The notes under the pieces were generated by a model. The model was given only the letters and a program-made list of their open reading frames with translations, did not search any database and had not been told where the DNA came from. The position numbers and the translations under genes were made by a program. Below are positions 38,220 through 52,640 of a stretch of 64,000 bases of DNA, one piece after another. Position 1 is the first letter of the stretch. Every line of letters begins with the position of its first letter. Source of the stretch: Rotaria socialis (Eukaryota); the NCBI GenBank assembly GCA_905331295.1, contig CAJNYD010000011.1, positions 126,189 through 190,188 on the forward strand, in the 5' to 3' direction.

Positions 38220-40811
38220 TCATTGGTACAAATAGACACCGATATTGTCCGCGTAACCATTATTATAACCTCCACTTCCCCAAGTAAAAGTAACGAGCAA
38301 ACTCGTAGAACGAGCGCCAACTGGTACCAGTCCACTTGTCTGTCGAAAGATAAGTACTGTTAAGCCTCCTCGATCAGTATCGAGAACGGGTCCAATGCTA
38401 GTCATGCTACCTATCGTTTGATTGGCCTGATCAGTGAAACTCAAAAAGACAGTTGCTGAATCATTTTGATTCGAAACGCCTCCCAACCAGGCTGAAAGAT
38501 TGAATTTCACTGTTCCTGTATCGATAAGAGCTGAATCGGCGTAATTAGTCAAATTGATTGTTTGCCACATTGATGCAATAATTGTTGTTTGACCATACAA
38601 AAGGCAGTTACCTCTATCACTAAAGAAAAACAGTTCATACAAGAAAATAGATTCCCATCTTACGTAGTTGCAGCTCCAGGGCCATAAAATGCCGGTGCAC
38701 CATAGATAAGTATACTATCATTGTAATAGACTTGTGTGATGTTTCCATTGTAGTTCCACCCTGGAGGACTAACAACTTCTGAATTAATCGCGCAACTACC
38801 TGTTTCACCATCTCCATTTGTTACCATATTGGCATTTGATACTAAACAAAAAATTATTATAAAAATGAATAATTGCTGAGCTACTTTTAAGAAGTCTTTA
38901 AAATCTTATGGAAGCCGAGCTAACACTCCTATTTGTACTATGCATCAGTATTTAACTAAAGAACGAGTGCTCATTTCTGTATTAGTGACATGGTCTAAGA
39001 TGCTGGAAAAAATGTATATTCACTCCTCATGATTCAGTTAACAAACCTTGAATTACTAAATAAATCAACGATTCATTCTGTTTTCCTTTTGATCATACAA
39101 AAAGTGAAAAAGTAACCAAAGACAGAAATTTTGCTCATCTTTTCAGTTTCTCAAGTCACTAAATAGTTTTTGTTGAAGAAAAATAAAATCTATTATCAAT
39201 GTTTTTTTCTAACAGATATCATGTCGTTTCTATGATGAAGTGTAATTTAGATTTTAATGAAATCTTTTCATCATTGTTTGGACCACAAATAGATTTACAA
39301 TGAATGAGCCAAGGTACCGTGTAATGAACACTACTTTATTTTGTTTCTTCACCAGTCAAATAATTTGTTTTTGTTTGCTACTAATAATATATAATATTGT
39401 AATTAGTTTGACTTACTAAAGTAACTCAGAGTAGTTGCAGAAACCGTTGTTGTTTTTGAGGATTTGGGCTGGACCACTAATGCAACGATAAGTCCAGCGA
39501 TTGCGAAGCCAACAAGTAAAAAGCAAATTATAGACAAAATTGCATAAAAAGGTGTGCATGTGCACCAATAAAAACCAAGATATCTACACAAAACATTCAA
39601 TAGCGAATGAACAGTTGGTGATTTAACATACCTTCGGTTGTCGCCTTTCTTCTCTCGGTAAGTGTCGTACTGAGAAGCATTACCGGTTGATGGGCCATAA
39701 GACTATTTCGTTTAAAGAATAAGTACAATGTTGAAAAAAAAGTAAAAGCGCAAGACGAATATCTCACTGAGTTAGGAACACGAATTGACGGTAGCTCGCT
39801 ATCATATTCACGAGTAGCTGATTGATGCACATGAGTAGTGAATGCCGCACCGAGTTCGGTTCTTCGTGAATATGTACTGCTTGTCTCTGCAGTTATCTCG
39901 CTTGGATTTTCTGTATTGTGTTTGTGATGGGCGCCTTTCGTTTTTCGGTTTACTCTTCGGCTAGCATTGTACAGATAAGGAATATCAGTTGATGGATCAA
40001 TAGACTATTTCGTTTAGAGAATAAGTGTAATTCTTCAAAAAAGAAGAACAAGAAGAATATCTCACAGAGTTAGGGATATGAATTGTTGGTTGATTGCTAT
40101 CATATTCATGAGCAGTTAATGGACGTTCATTAGTAGTGAACACCGTGTTAGCTTTGATTCTCGATGAATATGTATTGCTTTTCCCTACAGCTATCTCCCT
40201 TGGATTTTCTTTATTGTGCTTATCTTTTTCGCGTTTATCATTTGGCATTTGTGATAGCTATTTCAAGAAAGAAAACAAAGTTGACATCAAAATGTAAAAA
40301 TATTAAAACTTTTGATGGTGTTTCTGTCATATTTGCTCTTTAATTTGGTTGAGTTCACTATATACTCCATTAGATGTCCTCTTTCAATTTTGTGGACTAC
40401 TTTACAAATCATGAAAGTAATAATATAGCATTATCATAACTCTCTTTTTGATTCAATGGTAATTTTAAGACATATGTAATAGGCTATCACTTAAATATTG
40501 AACTTCTTTATATTTCGTAAAATCATTAGTTTTTCGATCGTAGAAACACCTGGAATATATAAGTATTACGTTAGAAATAAATTACCTCATCATTATCTGC
40601 ACAATGAATTTTCATGGATGGCTGCATGTGTCCACGAATCACAGATTTCAATGTGCTGCCTATGGTAGATGCATCATCACGTCTCTGTTAAAAAATATGT
40701 ATAAAAAAATCTCGTGTTCATGACACAAAATAAAATATAATAAAAACTCACAGGACTTTGTAGTCCAGGTCTGCTAAAGCAACGAATTCTAATAATATCG
40801 GATTGTTTCAT
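38220..40811 (-). CDS. Copy A: paralogue of copy B with 2 cytoplasmic exon repeats and a divergent ectodomain
   Basis: Same exon order and splice positions as copy B. Ectodomain NANMVTNGDGETG...PPGWNYNG | DRGNCLLYG...LSAWLGG...NGYADNIGVYLYQ*. Confidence 0.78.
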
Positions 40812-42317
40812 TGATGAATGTTAAGTATATGCTATTGTTTTAGCCAATAGATTCGAATTTCAATTGCACACGTAATCGGCAATAAGTTAAAAATAAAAGT
40901 ATCAGTGCCACGAGAACTGTCGCAGGTTCTTGTTCAAGTATGATTTTAGAGTTTCTTTTGTCGATGGAACAAACAAACTATGTGCATGGTAAGTAAAAGT
41001 ACGAACATAGTTGCTTTGTTTATAGATAGAGTTCTGACATTCATATATTTAAAATGCATAGCTATTACTCCTTTCTTAGTCAAAAAAAGAATCTAATTGT
41101 ATTAGAACGGCTATATGTCTTCATCCAACATCAATAAACAAATATCAATTAAATTTATAAGACAATTGATTCATCGTAATACTTGTAAAAAGGTTTCCCT
41201 GCTTTTTCTAAGGTCNNNNNNNNNNNTGACTTCCTCAACAGAGAGCGAACAGGATTTGAGCATGGCTCAGATTGAAGTGGAGATACAGACTCACATGTCA
41301 CACACATATCGACATTTTTTATCGTCATTATTATCTAGTGTGCATTATAGTTGAGCTTTGTACTAGATCAGTGACGCGAATTTTTTCATGCAGAAAGCGA
41401 TCAAAAAATCAGCGAATATAGTTGGATGGAACAAATTTATTAATCTCGTTTTTTGTTTTATTAGTTCATAGCGATGGCGAGTCGTGCGATATTTCGATAA
41501 TAAAGATAGGCAATGCTTGCATGTAATGCATTTTTTTAGTTTGCAATTCATTTATTTTTATCGAAATACAAGTATAGAAGTCATATTACCTATCTTGGCT
41601 CAACGGACATGTGAGAGATAGTGGGAAACAATCATACAATGGTACATGTACTAAACTATTTAAGATTTCAATAATTATTCAAATACTTAAGACTAAATTT
41701 ATACATAAACAATGGTTTCATTGCAGCTGGATATTATAATCATCTATTTAGTTATAGCACTATTTTCTAGTGACGACAGTTCCTGTGTGGAAAAAAGAGT
41801 TGATTATTGTACCATATTGTTTCGTCTCAAAAGAGAAGATCCTACAATTTTTAGCATTAATGAGGTACCATCTCTAGTTATCTACTCTAATATACTGGAT
41901 ATAACAAAAATTTGGATGTCGATATTATAATCAACAATTCTCCAGACGCTAAACATACAAATATCTCTAAGATTTATTTATCATTGCAACTAAAGATTCT
42001 CTTTTATGCATAATTGATCAAATCTAAGGCAAAACACTTGAGTAAACTCTTCATTACTTCTATTGTTTGATAAGATGCTCCGCTGATAATAAGAGTATAC
42101 ACATACAAACATCATGTCGCTTATTCTTTTCGATCAAATCTTATAGAAAATAAATCGTTAGAATAACAATAGTCCCCAACTAAAAAAAGGAGGAAATAAG
42201 AATCATCGATGTGAATAAGTTTTGTTGCTAATACAATAGAGCATAAATTGCCTGCAAAACAGATTCAAACTTACAACTAACAGCCTGGGTCACAAAATAC
42301 TATTATTTCATTCAGGC

Positions 42318-44100
42318 ATGTATTTAGTTCTAATAATCAAGCTCATTCTTTATCTGTCTATGATAAATAACGTAGAACTATTTGTGAATAAAACTCTCGC
42401 TATCAATAATGCAACTATCGCATCAACACGTTCACATCAAATAACAACCATTCTTGATGAACTTTTAAAAGATTATCAAGCACATATTCGACCGAACTTT
42501 GGAGGTAATTAAAATAGTTAATGCTTTTTACTTATCTAAAATTATTCTATGTAGAAGGTGCAACTAAAATTGATTTTGATATATTGGTTAGTTCATTTGG
42601 TCCTATTCAAGATATTGATATGGTTTGTATGAAAAAAAATCGTCATTTTCTTTTTATTTGTATTCTATATCATATAATTTAGTCATATACAATGAATTGT
42701 TATTTTCGACAACGATGGCGTGATGAACGTCTTCAATTTAACGAAGATGTTGGTGTTCTTTCTCTATCAACAAGTATGCTCGAACGTCTTTGGAGACCTG
42801 ATACAGTATTCTATAATTCGAAATATTCCTATTTACATACAATACCAACAAGTAATCGTTTATGGCGTCTTTTCCCAGACGGATCAATATGGTACTCATC
42901 ACGGTAAAAAGAAAGACAGAAAACTTTCGTCTATTATTATTATTATTATTCATTTTTCTTTCTTCTTTCTTCTTAGAATAACAGTAAAAGCTAAATGTAA
43001 TATGAATTTAAAGAATTTTCCTGTTGATAAACAAATTTGCCAATTACTTATTGGAAGCTGTAAAATGCGAAACAATAAAAATTAAATTTCCTTCTTTATC
43101 GATTTTTATTTTTAGTTGCTAATGCAGCATCTGATATTGAATATGGTTGGCGACTAGGAAATAATAAAAGTGTTAATTTCGATACAAAAGTTGTATTGTC
43201 ACAATTTGATCTTATTCAATATTCACAATATGATGAAATTTCCTATATCAACGGACGTACGTAATAAAAAAATCGATACTAGAACATCCATTTTTTACGT
43301 ACAACTCGAACTTATACTTCTATCCTGATAATGAAACATAGAATTGATTTTTCTTATAATAGGAAATTTTTCAATTCTTCGTGCTGATTTCGTTCTGAAA
43401 CGACATATGGGTTATTATATTCTTCAAGTTTATATACCAAGTTCAATGTTAGTTATACTTTCATGGGTTTCATTTTTCATTCATCGTGAAGCAACCGCTG
43501 ATCGAGTAAATATTGGTGTTATGACTTTTCTCAGTTTAACAACATTAAGTTTTGATATAAGAAATTACACTGCTGCTGTTCCGTATCTTACAGCACTCGA
43601 TTGGTTTGTTATGATGACTCATGCATTTTTACTTGCTTCATTACTTCAATTTTCATTTGTTCATTATTTTACAAAAGTAAGATTATATTAATGCTTATCC
43701 GAGATAATAGTTCATATCTTTTTTGTAGTTTGGTTATGGTGAACCATTGACATATTTTACAGATTCCCTAGATAGTATTGAACTAAACGACGATAATCCG
43801 GTACAAATAAATTATATAGCTCGCCCATCATTGTTCTATCCTCGTTCTATAAACATCAATGAAAGAAGAATTCCAACAAATGAAATTTCATTCTTAAGAA
43901 ATGTTTGGCGTTATTTTCATCGATTTTGGTTTTGCATATCTGGAAATACAAAATATAAGCGTTCTATACGTAAACGTACATCACGGTTCGGCGTAAATAG
44001 TCGAAGTGAACTTGATTCGTTTGCTCGTATTGTATTTCCGACTGGTTTTATTCTTTTCAATATTTTATATTGGTTTTATTTTCTTCATTTTCAAAAATAG
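42318..44100 (+). CDS. Cys-loop ligand-gated ion channel subunit, GABA-A/GRD-like
   Basis: Signal-like N-terminus; DYQAHIRP; YFRQRWRDERL; LWRPDTVFYN; Cys-loop CNMNLKNFPVDKQIC; TM1 YYILQVYIPSSMLVILSWVSFFI; EATADRVNIGVMTFLSLTT (TM2); TM3 YLTALDWF; TM4 LDSFARIVFPTGFILFNILYW. Confidence 0.93.
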
Positions 44101-44802
44101 AAAAAATCATCCGAAACTCTTTTATAGCAGTGTGGGAGAAAGTTACACTCTATAGTTTCAATATATCATTAAATCGTGGAATTTTTTACAACTCTTTAAA
44201 TGTAGATTTCGTATTATTCTTTGTTTCTGAAAATAGCTTTAAGTTCAATAATCGCAGTCTCATCGTGAGATTCCTTCTTAAATACAGTTTTTGATGATGA
44301 TCAGAGCCGGAGATGATATATGGTATCTCTCGTTGGTAACTAGAGACATCTATAAAAGCTTATTAATATACTAGATTTATAAATGATAACTCAAACTTCA
44401 TTGAATAATATTTTTTGATCAAAATTTTATTTCAAACAGAGAACCTTGTCAATATAGTAGATGGATGCTGATTCGTTAACTAAGATTTTCTCCAGTAAAA
44501 AGCCACAAAATCAAAATCAACAAAAATGATTGGTAGTTGGATAATTTATCCAATAGAATTATTGTAGAATAGTTAAATATAAATAATGGATTCAATAGAG
44601 TAAACAAACAATCAACGACAAAAGAACAGAAAGAGAGAAAGAAAGAAAAAAAGAGATCATTGAAGTTTTGATTTCTTTCTTATTGTTGTCATATCTGTCA
44701 AATATTATGATAAATCTATATGTCGTTGAACGAAACTTCGTTTCTTTTGGTTACGACATCTTCTGAGATTTTATAGATGTTATCAATAGAATATCCAAAA
44801 CG

Positions 44803-47800
44803 ATGACGACAGAAAATCAGCACATGGCAAGAACTTTTCTCTTCAACTATATTTAACGACTAATTGACATCTGAACTTTTAGGATAAATCAAAATTATCG
44901 TCGACAAATGTCGACTCACCGGGTCAAATGCGTGGTTGGTTTAAATTAATGGAAACAATTCGTAAAACAGAATCCCCGCCAACATCATCTAATGACTTGA
45001 ATAAATCATCAATGAACAGTAGTATAACAACTCCAACAAATACAAATGGTCATCTATCAGAATCTCCCGGAACCATTTATCTTGATCATCTTGCCTCGAA
45101 ATCTCCAAATTTAACATCTCCACCTTCAATTATTAGTTTGACATCAACACCTTTGCATTCATCAGAGGATATACCTGTGGTTCATATTCCACCAATAACA
45201 AAAGCAAAAGGTTCGTTTGAACATCGCATTTTTTCATATCCAACATTTTAAATATATATTTACTAAATTATGAGAGAAAATCACGACGAGAATAAAAAAA
45301 ACAACAATTATGTTGCTATCAGACAAAGTACGATTGAAAGTCAATGTTTCTAGTATATCCTCTTTAAGTTCTACCTGAGAGATGAATACTTTCCTTTTAT
45401 TCTAAACAAAATATCAAAAGAACTAATCATGAGCGAAAATTTTCCATTCCAATCGCCCATGGGTCATATTTGAAATGATGCCTATGTTGTATGAGTTTTT
45501 AGTGCTAACGGCAAGATGAATGTCATAATGACAAAAACAAGCCATGGGAATAATAGAACAAGTATCTAATTCAATTCTTCAGGGGTGAAATAAAAATTCT
45601 AATGTGTACTGAATCCTGAATAAAGTTGTTAGCACTCCATATTCTGCATATACCGATAACATACAGATTTAGTGATTGCTTGTTAAATAAGAACGATGAG
45701 AGTACTCCTACCAGTAAGCAACATGGTAGATGGTTCACAAGGAAAATTTCCTTTCACAAATTAGAAATATAGAGGAAAGAATGAGAAGTCTAATCTCACT
45801 CTATTCCCTTGGAACTTGCTAGCAATATCTTGTATGACTAAATAAGATTTATTTTGCTTCAGAGCCCAGGCGTTCTTCAATTCGTCGAAAAAAAATTACC
45901 ATTCGTAAATCGGCAAGATCAAAAGAATTCTCAGGAAACAATACTACGTCAAATGATGATAATATAAAAATTGATACTCATCAACGAAAACGACAATCCA
46001 ACGATTTGATTCTCCCGTTAGCAACTGATCTTGAATCGTTACCAGGACATAATCACGATGAATCACGTGATCGACGTTTTGTTAATTATACCGATATGAA
46101 TACATTATCAGTTCATTTTAATGCATGTTTATCTATTGATAAAAAATCGTTCTCATCATCATTTTTAACTAGACAACATATATTTAAAACACGTCATAAT
46201 GTCTTAAATAAGATTTTTAAATTATATTATTTAAAAACCTATGAAAATTATTTCAAACATGAACCAAAAATATTTGGCAAAAATAAAGATACAAAATCGG
46301 ATTCATTGCTATCTACTTCAGCGTCATTTAAAACTGATTGGTCAGTTTATCGTCGAAATTCATCATCATATAAACGTGACCCAAAAAATTTTTTCCATAT
46401 TTTACAATTAAATCCAAAAAAAGATTTACTTCTATCAACAGATAATCAATCAGCAACAAATTTAACAATCGAAGAACAACAAAAAATGCATTATGAACAA
46501 GTTAAAGATATCCTAGTACGTACATACTATCCACATCTTCATACAACTGTTCAAAATGGATATTATTTTGGTTCGAAATCTAAACTGCTAGTTCAAAATC
46601 AGGATTTACCAATTTTTATAAAGTCTGAATCACCCATAAGTACGGATGAGACAACGACGACAACAACAATTACACTCAAATCGCCAATATCAACTGGTAA
46701 ACAAGAGTTTAGAACACGTGGCCGTAGACCAAAGCATAGAAAATTGAAAGATAAGTCTGCACCAATAATATCTATGGAACGTCGTGTAAGTGAAGAAATT
46801 CCACCTGTGGTTATCAACGAACCGACACCTGTGCTAAAATCAACAGAAGTACCGTCATCTGCATCTTCATCATCAATAGAATACGAAACAACTAATTATC
46901 GTAAACGAAAAATCTCATTAACAATTAATACAAATATAGACGAAAGAAAAAAGAAGAAAATCTTACCACCACCGCCCTCACCAGAATTTATCAATGAATA
47001 TGAAGAAACTGTGGTTTCCGATAATAGGTAAGATCCATAAACCATAGAATGAAGCGTTTTTTTTTTGTTGTAATCACATTTCAAGAGATAAGCATCTAAA
47101 ATTACTACGTCAGTTTTCCTCATTGAAATCTTTCAGTCGAGAATCTCTGATAGATACGATATTATAGAAAAGATGATCTTTTCCTCTATATTTGAATATG
47201 GATATTCACAATTGTAAAATAACAGGTGGCGTGTTAGAAATTTTTATATTCATTAATGTCAATAACTACGAGTATCACGACGAAAATCTTGAATATCTTA
47301 TATTTCCGAGAAGTTTTACTTTAGCAATAAATCGACTGACAACTTGATTTTCATGTTTCGGAATAGATGATGACAATATGAGTTGTATCGGTTATGCGGT
47401 CTAAAAAGTATAACCAGGAGAAATTGCTGTGTCTCTACAACATAGTTCATGATTATTAGGTAAAAACATAGAGCTCAAATTATGCTTCATATATAATAGC
47501 TTTGAGAAAATGAAAATTATTTTCTTATTCAATACAAATTAGTGTCGGGCTATCCAAAACCGGCAGTTTCTTAGATTTTAGCTTTTACTTCTTTAAAATA
47601 CTAAAATCTAACGTAGCTCAAAGAACTTGTTCATTCGAAGCAGCTTATCGTAACATCTAGATTCAAAAAAGATATTATTCCACACAACACTGATAATAGC
47701 CTCTATTCTAGAATGAAGAAAGTTCGATTCCGTATATTTCATTAGGGAAAATATTACCTAAATTTCGCATTAATATATTCTAGTGACGAAGATCTATTAC

Positions 47801-50800
47801 CCGAAGAATTACCAAAACAAAACTTTATTAAAAATGGTCTTCGTTCAAATTATTATAAGACTACAACTGATATTAACGTCAAATCCATGAGGTTCGTAAT
47901 ACAAAAAGCAAAAATTTATTTTTCTCAAAGAAATTAATGATCATTTATCTATATTTTAGTAATAAAAATCGAGCTGTTCGTCGACGACAACAGCTATCTG
48001 GTGCATTACCACCATTCTACAAAGGAATATTTGAATCCGATGATGATAAATTAGGTTATATTGATTATCAACTTCCATTTGATATTTATTGGTTTAGTCA
48101 ACAACTGCAACCAAAGACAATCGATATACCGTTAAAACCAATGAAACAATCGAAAAAGAAGAAATTAAATCCGCCAAAACAAAAACTACCACAGCCATCG
48201 CCCAGTAAAAAAGTCATATCCAAACTATCTACAGATTCACCTGTTGAATCAAAACCTTTACCTTCGAACAATACTGATCAGAAACAGCAGAAAATTATCC
48301 GCATCAACAAAGATTTAATAAAAATCGAAGCATTAACAGAAGATGAAAAACAAATTATTTCAAAGTCTCGTATTTTTCTAAAACGCAATATTCGACGTTT
48401 AAAAGAAAAACAAGAATTAAAAGATAAAAATAATAGTCAACATAGGCAACACATAGAAGAACAACCATTACCTATTTTCTTCGCACAAAATTATCATCAT
48501 CCAAATCTCATAAAAGAAACAAACAGCTCAACAAAAAATTCAAGCTTATCTCATAAAGGTTACTATTTTGTATATACTGGCAATAATGCACAGTTTAGAC
48601 GATAAGACAATGTATTATTCTTCAGGGCGAGTCGCCCATCTACAGTTCTGATCAAGATTAGTGTCTGACAGTGATAAAACGGAATCACATAGTATTGAGT
48701 ACTGAAACAAGATTTTATCGTCTTAATTTTGATAGTAGTTTTTAGTTCAGCTCTCTTCCTGTATATCTCTTATTCAACGAGCATGAAAATTTTGGTAACC
48801 ATAGCTTAGATGAACGAAAGTTGAGTGATTACTGCTTTATTGCAGATGGTATGGCTGCTTGTTACTAGTAAACAAATGAGCGATTTATTAGGGAATACAA
48901 AATTGATACCGTATAGCCTTAGTAATTCTAATGACATATTTTTTTTTCTCGTCTACATAGATCTTTTAAATTTATTTTACAATCATATTCGTCGTTCACA
49001 TTCGTATAAGAGTGGTCAATGTTCAATAGAGCTCGTTGATGAAACATGTTATTATGCTCAATTAGCACAATTAAATTTAATATTAAATGAAATTTTTGAT
49101 TTATTATTAAATTATAAATGTCTTTATACTGATATTTATCCATCGAATGCATTGAAAAAATGTCCATTAAAACGTTCATATCCTATGTACTATGAAATAA
49201 TATTAAAACCTATGGATTTAACAATGATACGTAATAAGTTAGATAATGGAGAATATTTCTCATATGATTTCTTCGAACAAGATTTATTATTATTATTTAA
49301 AAATGCTATTGTATGTTATTTTTATTTTTATTTTGAAAATAAGAATTTTCTTGTGTCTTTCATAGACTTATTGTGGTGCAGATTCAGACGTTGGACGAGC
49401 TGTCAAAGAATTAGAAACATATTTAATGGATATACTGAAGCCTATTTATCAATCAACGATTGATTTATTTAACAATATGACTGATACAGATAAAAATGAA
49501 CGAAATTCGGCTAGTCTTCAATATTTTATAGAGCGTCTACATGAAAAAGAAACTATGAATGGACAAATAAGAGAAATTCTTTATGATATTATCTATAATG
49601 TAGGTCCTAGTACGCCAGTTGTTTATAAAACAGTTCAAGCAAATACAACAAATACAAATCGAACAACAAAAACTATCCTAACGAATGATTCTATTGTTCA
49701 TTGTCGATGTGGTTCGGTTTATGATGAAGTTTCACTTGTGCAATGTTATGCTTGTCAGGTAAGATAAATTTCTGTCGAAAAAAAACATAATTTATGAGCT
49801 ATGGTTAAATTATAATATCTGTACAATGATAAGAAACGAAAGGCTGAGTTCATAACTCATTTGGAGAACCGCATACAAAGTTTTGAGATACACTTTTGAA
49901 TATTCTAAATAATGAAATTTTGACTGACAGCACCGAATACAAAAGGTCTATTTACCAGTTCAATATAGAAAATCAATAACAATGAAAATAGATTTTCTAT
50001 TCAGAAGAAATAAAAATCGATCGTTTCACTTAACCTATCTTGTATTGATACGATGAGTTTCAATCTACATGAACTTTACTGACATTGATATTTTATTTTC
50101 ATTTAGTTATGGCAACATGTTTCATGTGTAGTAATAACAGATACATCTCAGCCTTACTATTGTTTTGAATGTCATCCAATGTGCGAACAAAATCCTTCGT
50201 TTTGTTTAAAAACAAATGTTCGTATTCCTTTACGTCAACCATTCATACAAATCTCTCACGATAATTATCCGTCGTATTCAACCATAACACGTTCGGATGG
50301 TTTTATTATTCGTATAAATGAATGTTATTTTATAGAAAAACAAGAAGAAAGTTCATCATTATCTCAATATAATATATTTTTTATTGAACGTCTTTGGATT
50401 GATGATAATAATATTGAACTAGCATCAGGCTTCTATTATCTCCGTTCATATGAAACTTTTCATGAAGCTAATCGAAAATTTTTTTGTAATGAATTATTTC
50501 GTTTTCCATCAGTAAATGATTCAATTGAAATCAATTCCATAATTCGACCGTGCTACGTATTAGATGCAGGCACTTATTGTAAAGGTAAACCCATGTGTGA
50601 ATATAGCAGTCGAATATTAGCAACGGACTTATTTATATGTGAATATCGTGTTGATAAATTAGCAAGAATATTTACACGTTTACCAAAACCTAAACATGCA
50701 CCATGCAATATGAAATCTTATTGTTTTGATAATTACATTGAAAAGTTGTCAATTAAACGAGATTATCAGGTATGTTAATAGACTTAAAACGATTTTCGGT

Positions 50801-52172
50801 CATTTAAGGCCTACAATTAAAATTTTAAAAAATGATAGCTGTTTTTATATACATCAAACTAGAATTTTTCTGTAACAGTTAAAATCAATTCGCGAATAGT
50901 CACTAGCCTAAATATTATAAAATCCATAAAAGAATGCAATTATGAGAGAATATATTGTAATGGAACTTGGCTTGTGTCCAGTGTTCTACTCTGGGTTAGA
51001 TAGATCTTTCTTTTAAAAATGAAAAATCTTGAGAAACACTGATTCCGCTTGTAGGTATGTCATTCACATTCTAATTTTGCACGAAGCAATCAAGTTGCCC
51101 TTAAAGATCTAAATTTTGTTTCTCTTGCATTTTTTTTTTCATTGTAAATACGTCATATTAATTTATATTTCTTTGATAAAAAGATGATTGAAATAGAAGA
51201 AATTTTCCATCGACATCTTGAAACGGACACGTATACTTCCAGTAAGAATGACACTTTTGAAGGCGATTACATCCGTCTTTTCAGAAAGAATATAATGACA
51301 TCATTAAGTTGATTGCTTTTGTAAATAGAAAAAAGTAGAATTGACTGTTAAATCGAAAGAAAAATTAATTAAAATCTGTGTTTATTTAAAAGCATAGAGA
51401 AAATTTTCAACGAGTTTTTTATGTGGGCTTCTAACTTGTAATTCATATTATATTGTACAATATTATCAGACTGTAGAATAAATTAGTCAGCATTTAGAGA
51501 AGAGTAATGTTGACACAGGAAGCTTTTATATGGATCACAGAAAACTATGTGCGTGTGTTCTATATTGCACTTTTTTATATCACGAACGTTTTTATTTGCT
51601 CATTTCCTATTGTATGCACAGTTGAGAGGTTGTTCTATTTCCTAGTATTACAATTTTTTGATTACTGAAATCATATATTAAAATAGGATTGAATCATCCT
51701 AATCATTAAAAAAAACTCCATTGAACTGTTCAACAATGTTTGATTGGTACTTAAAAATTAATTTTAGCCTCATCAAAAAGAATCTCATAATCATCATCAG
51801 CCAACTCCTCATCGACGTTCAACAACTCATTCAGTAAAATTAACAACTAAACAATTCGAAGAAAAATCCTCTCGCATTGATGGTATTATCGAAAAGATCT
51901 ATTGCCGTTTTCATCATCCAAATTTAATTCCTAATGAAGCAAAATTTTCACCAAATCAATTCCTTCAACAGCCAATCATTGATCCAAATAGTAATCGTAT
52001 TAGTAAACGTTTACGAAATAAACATCCATCATCCTCATCGAGAATCATCAATAAAAAACGTCGAACAAGATCTATTTCATCAAATGAATATTTACCTGAA
52101 TGTACATTGGATAATACTCAATGGATCATATCATCATTAATTGATGAATTAATTGAATCTATAGTCATCTGA
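44803..52172 (+). CDS. ASH1L: ASH1/ASH1L-like chromatin protein with bromodomain, PHD and BAH but no AWS-SET-postSET
   Basis: Ash1-type motifs FIKNGLRSNYYK, IDYQLPFDIYW and RIFLKRN; bromodomain YPMYYEIILKPMDLTMI...FKNAI|TYC; PHD CRCG...QCYACQ|LWQHVSC...YCFEC; BAH IFFIERLW...YYLRSYETFHEANRKFFCNELFR...CEYRVDKLAR; last exon 51768-52172. Start codon tentative. Confidence 0.85.
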
Positions 52173-52619
52173 TTGGATCTGTGGACTCGTGAACGAAGAC
52201 TAAGCGTCGACTTCTAAAAGTCGTATGATTAAACACATCTATTCACTAAGACATACACACTTACTCGGAAATAAATCTAATTTATAAATGAAGCAATTTT
52301 TTCAATTGTTTTTTAAGAAAATATATTTGTATGGGGCGAATCTTTTTTTTCTTATATAGAAAAAACTCATCGTAGTTGAAATTATATAAGTATTCTTGTT
52401 CGTGAGACAGCAATTCAAAGCGACGTTTGTTTCAAGACAGTACTCAATTAAAAGTAGACTTAGAAAAGCTGTAGACGTACTTGTAGTGTATCATTCTATT
52501 TTCTAAAACAAATCTAGTTTACTCTTCTATGAGTGTAACTTTTTCTTAATAGAGACTTGATTTTTGTCGCTACAACTGATCTTTAAATTTGACGTTGGTG
52601 ACGCAAATATTGCAAGATG

Positions 52620-52640
52620 CTCTCTCTCTCTCTCTCTCTC
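52620..52640. repeat. (CT)n microsatellite
   Basis: ctctctctctctctctctctc. Confidence 0.9.

Noticed and set aside
35344..40248. Repeats as a CRISPR-like array
   Set aside because: Units are about 300-bp exon+intron cassettes with splice sites; there is no short repeat/spacer pattern and no cas genes
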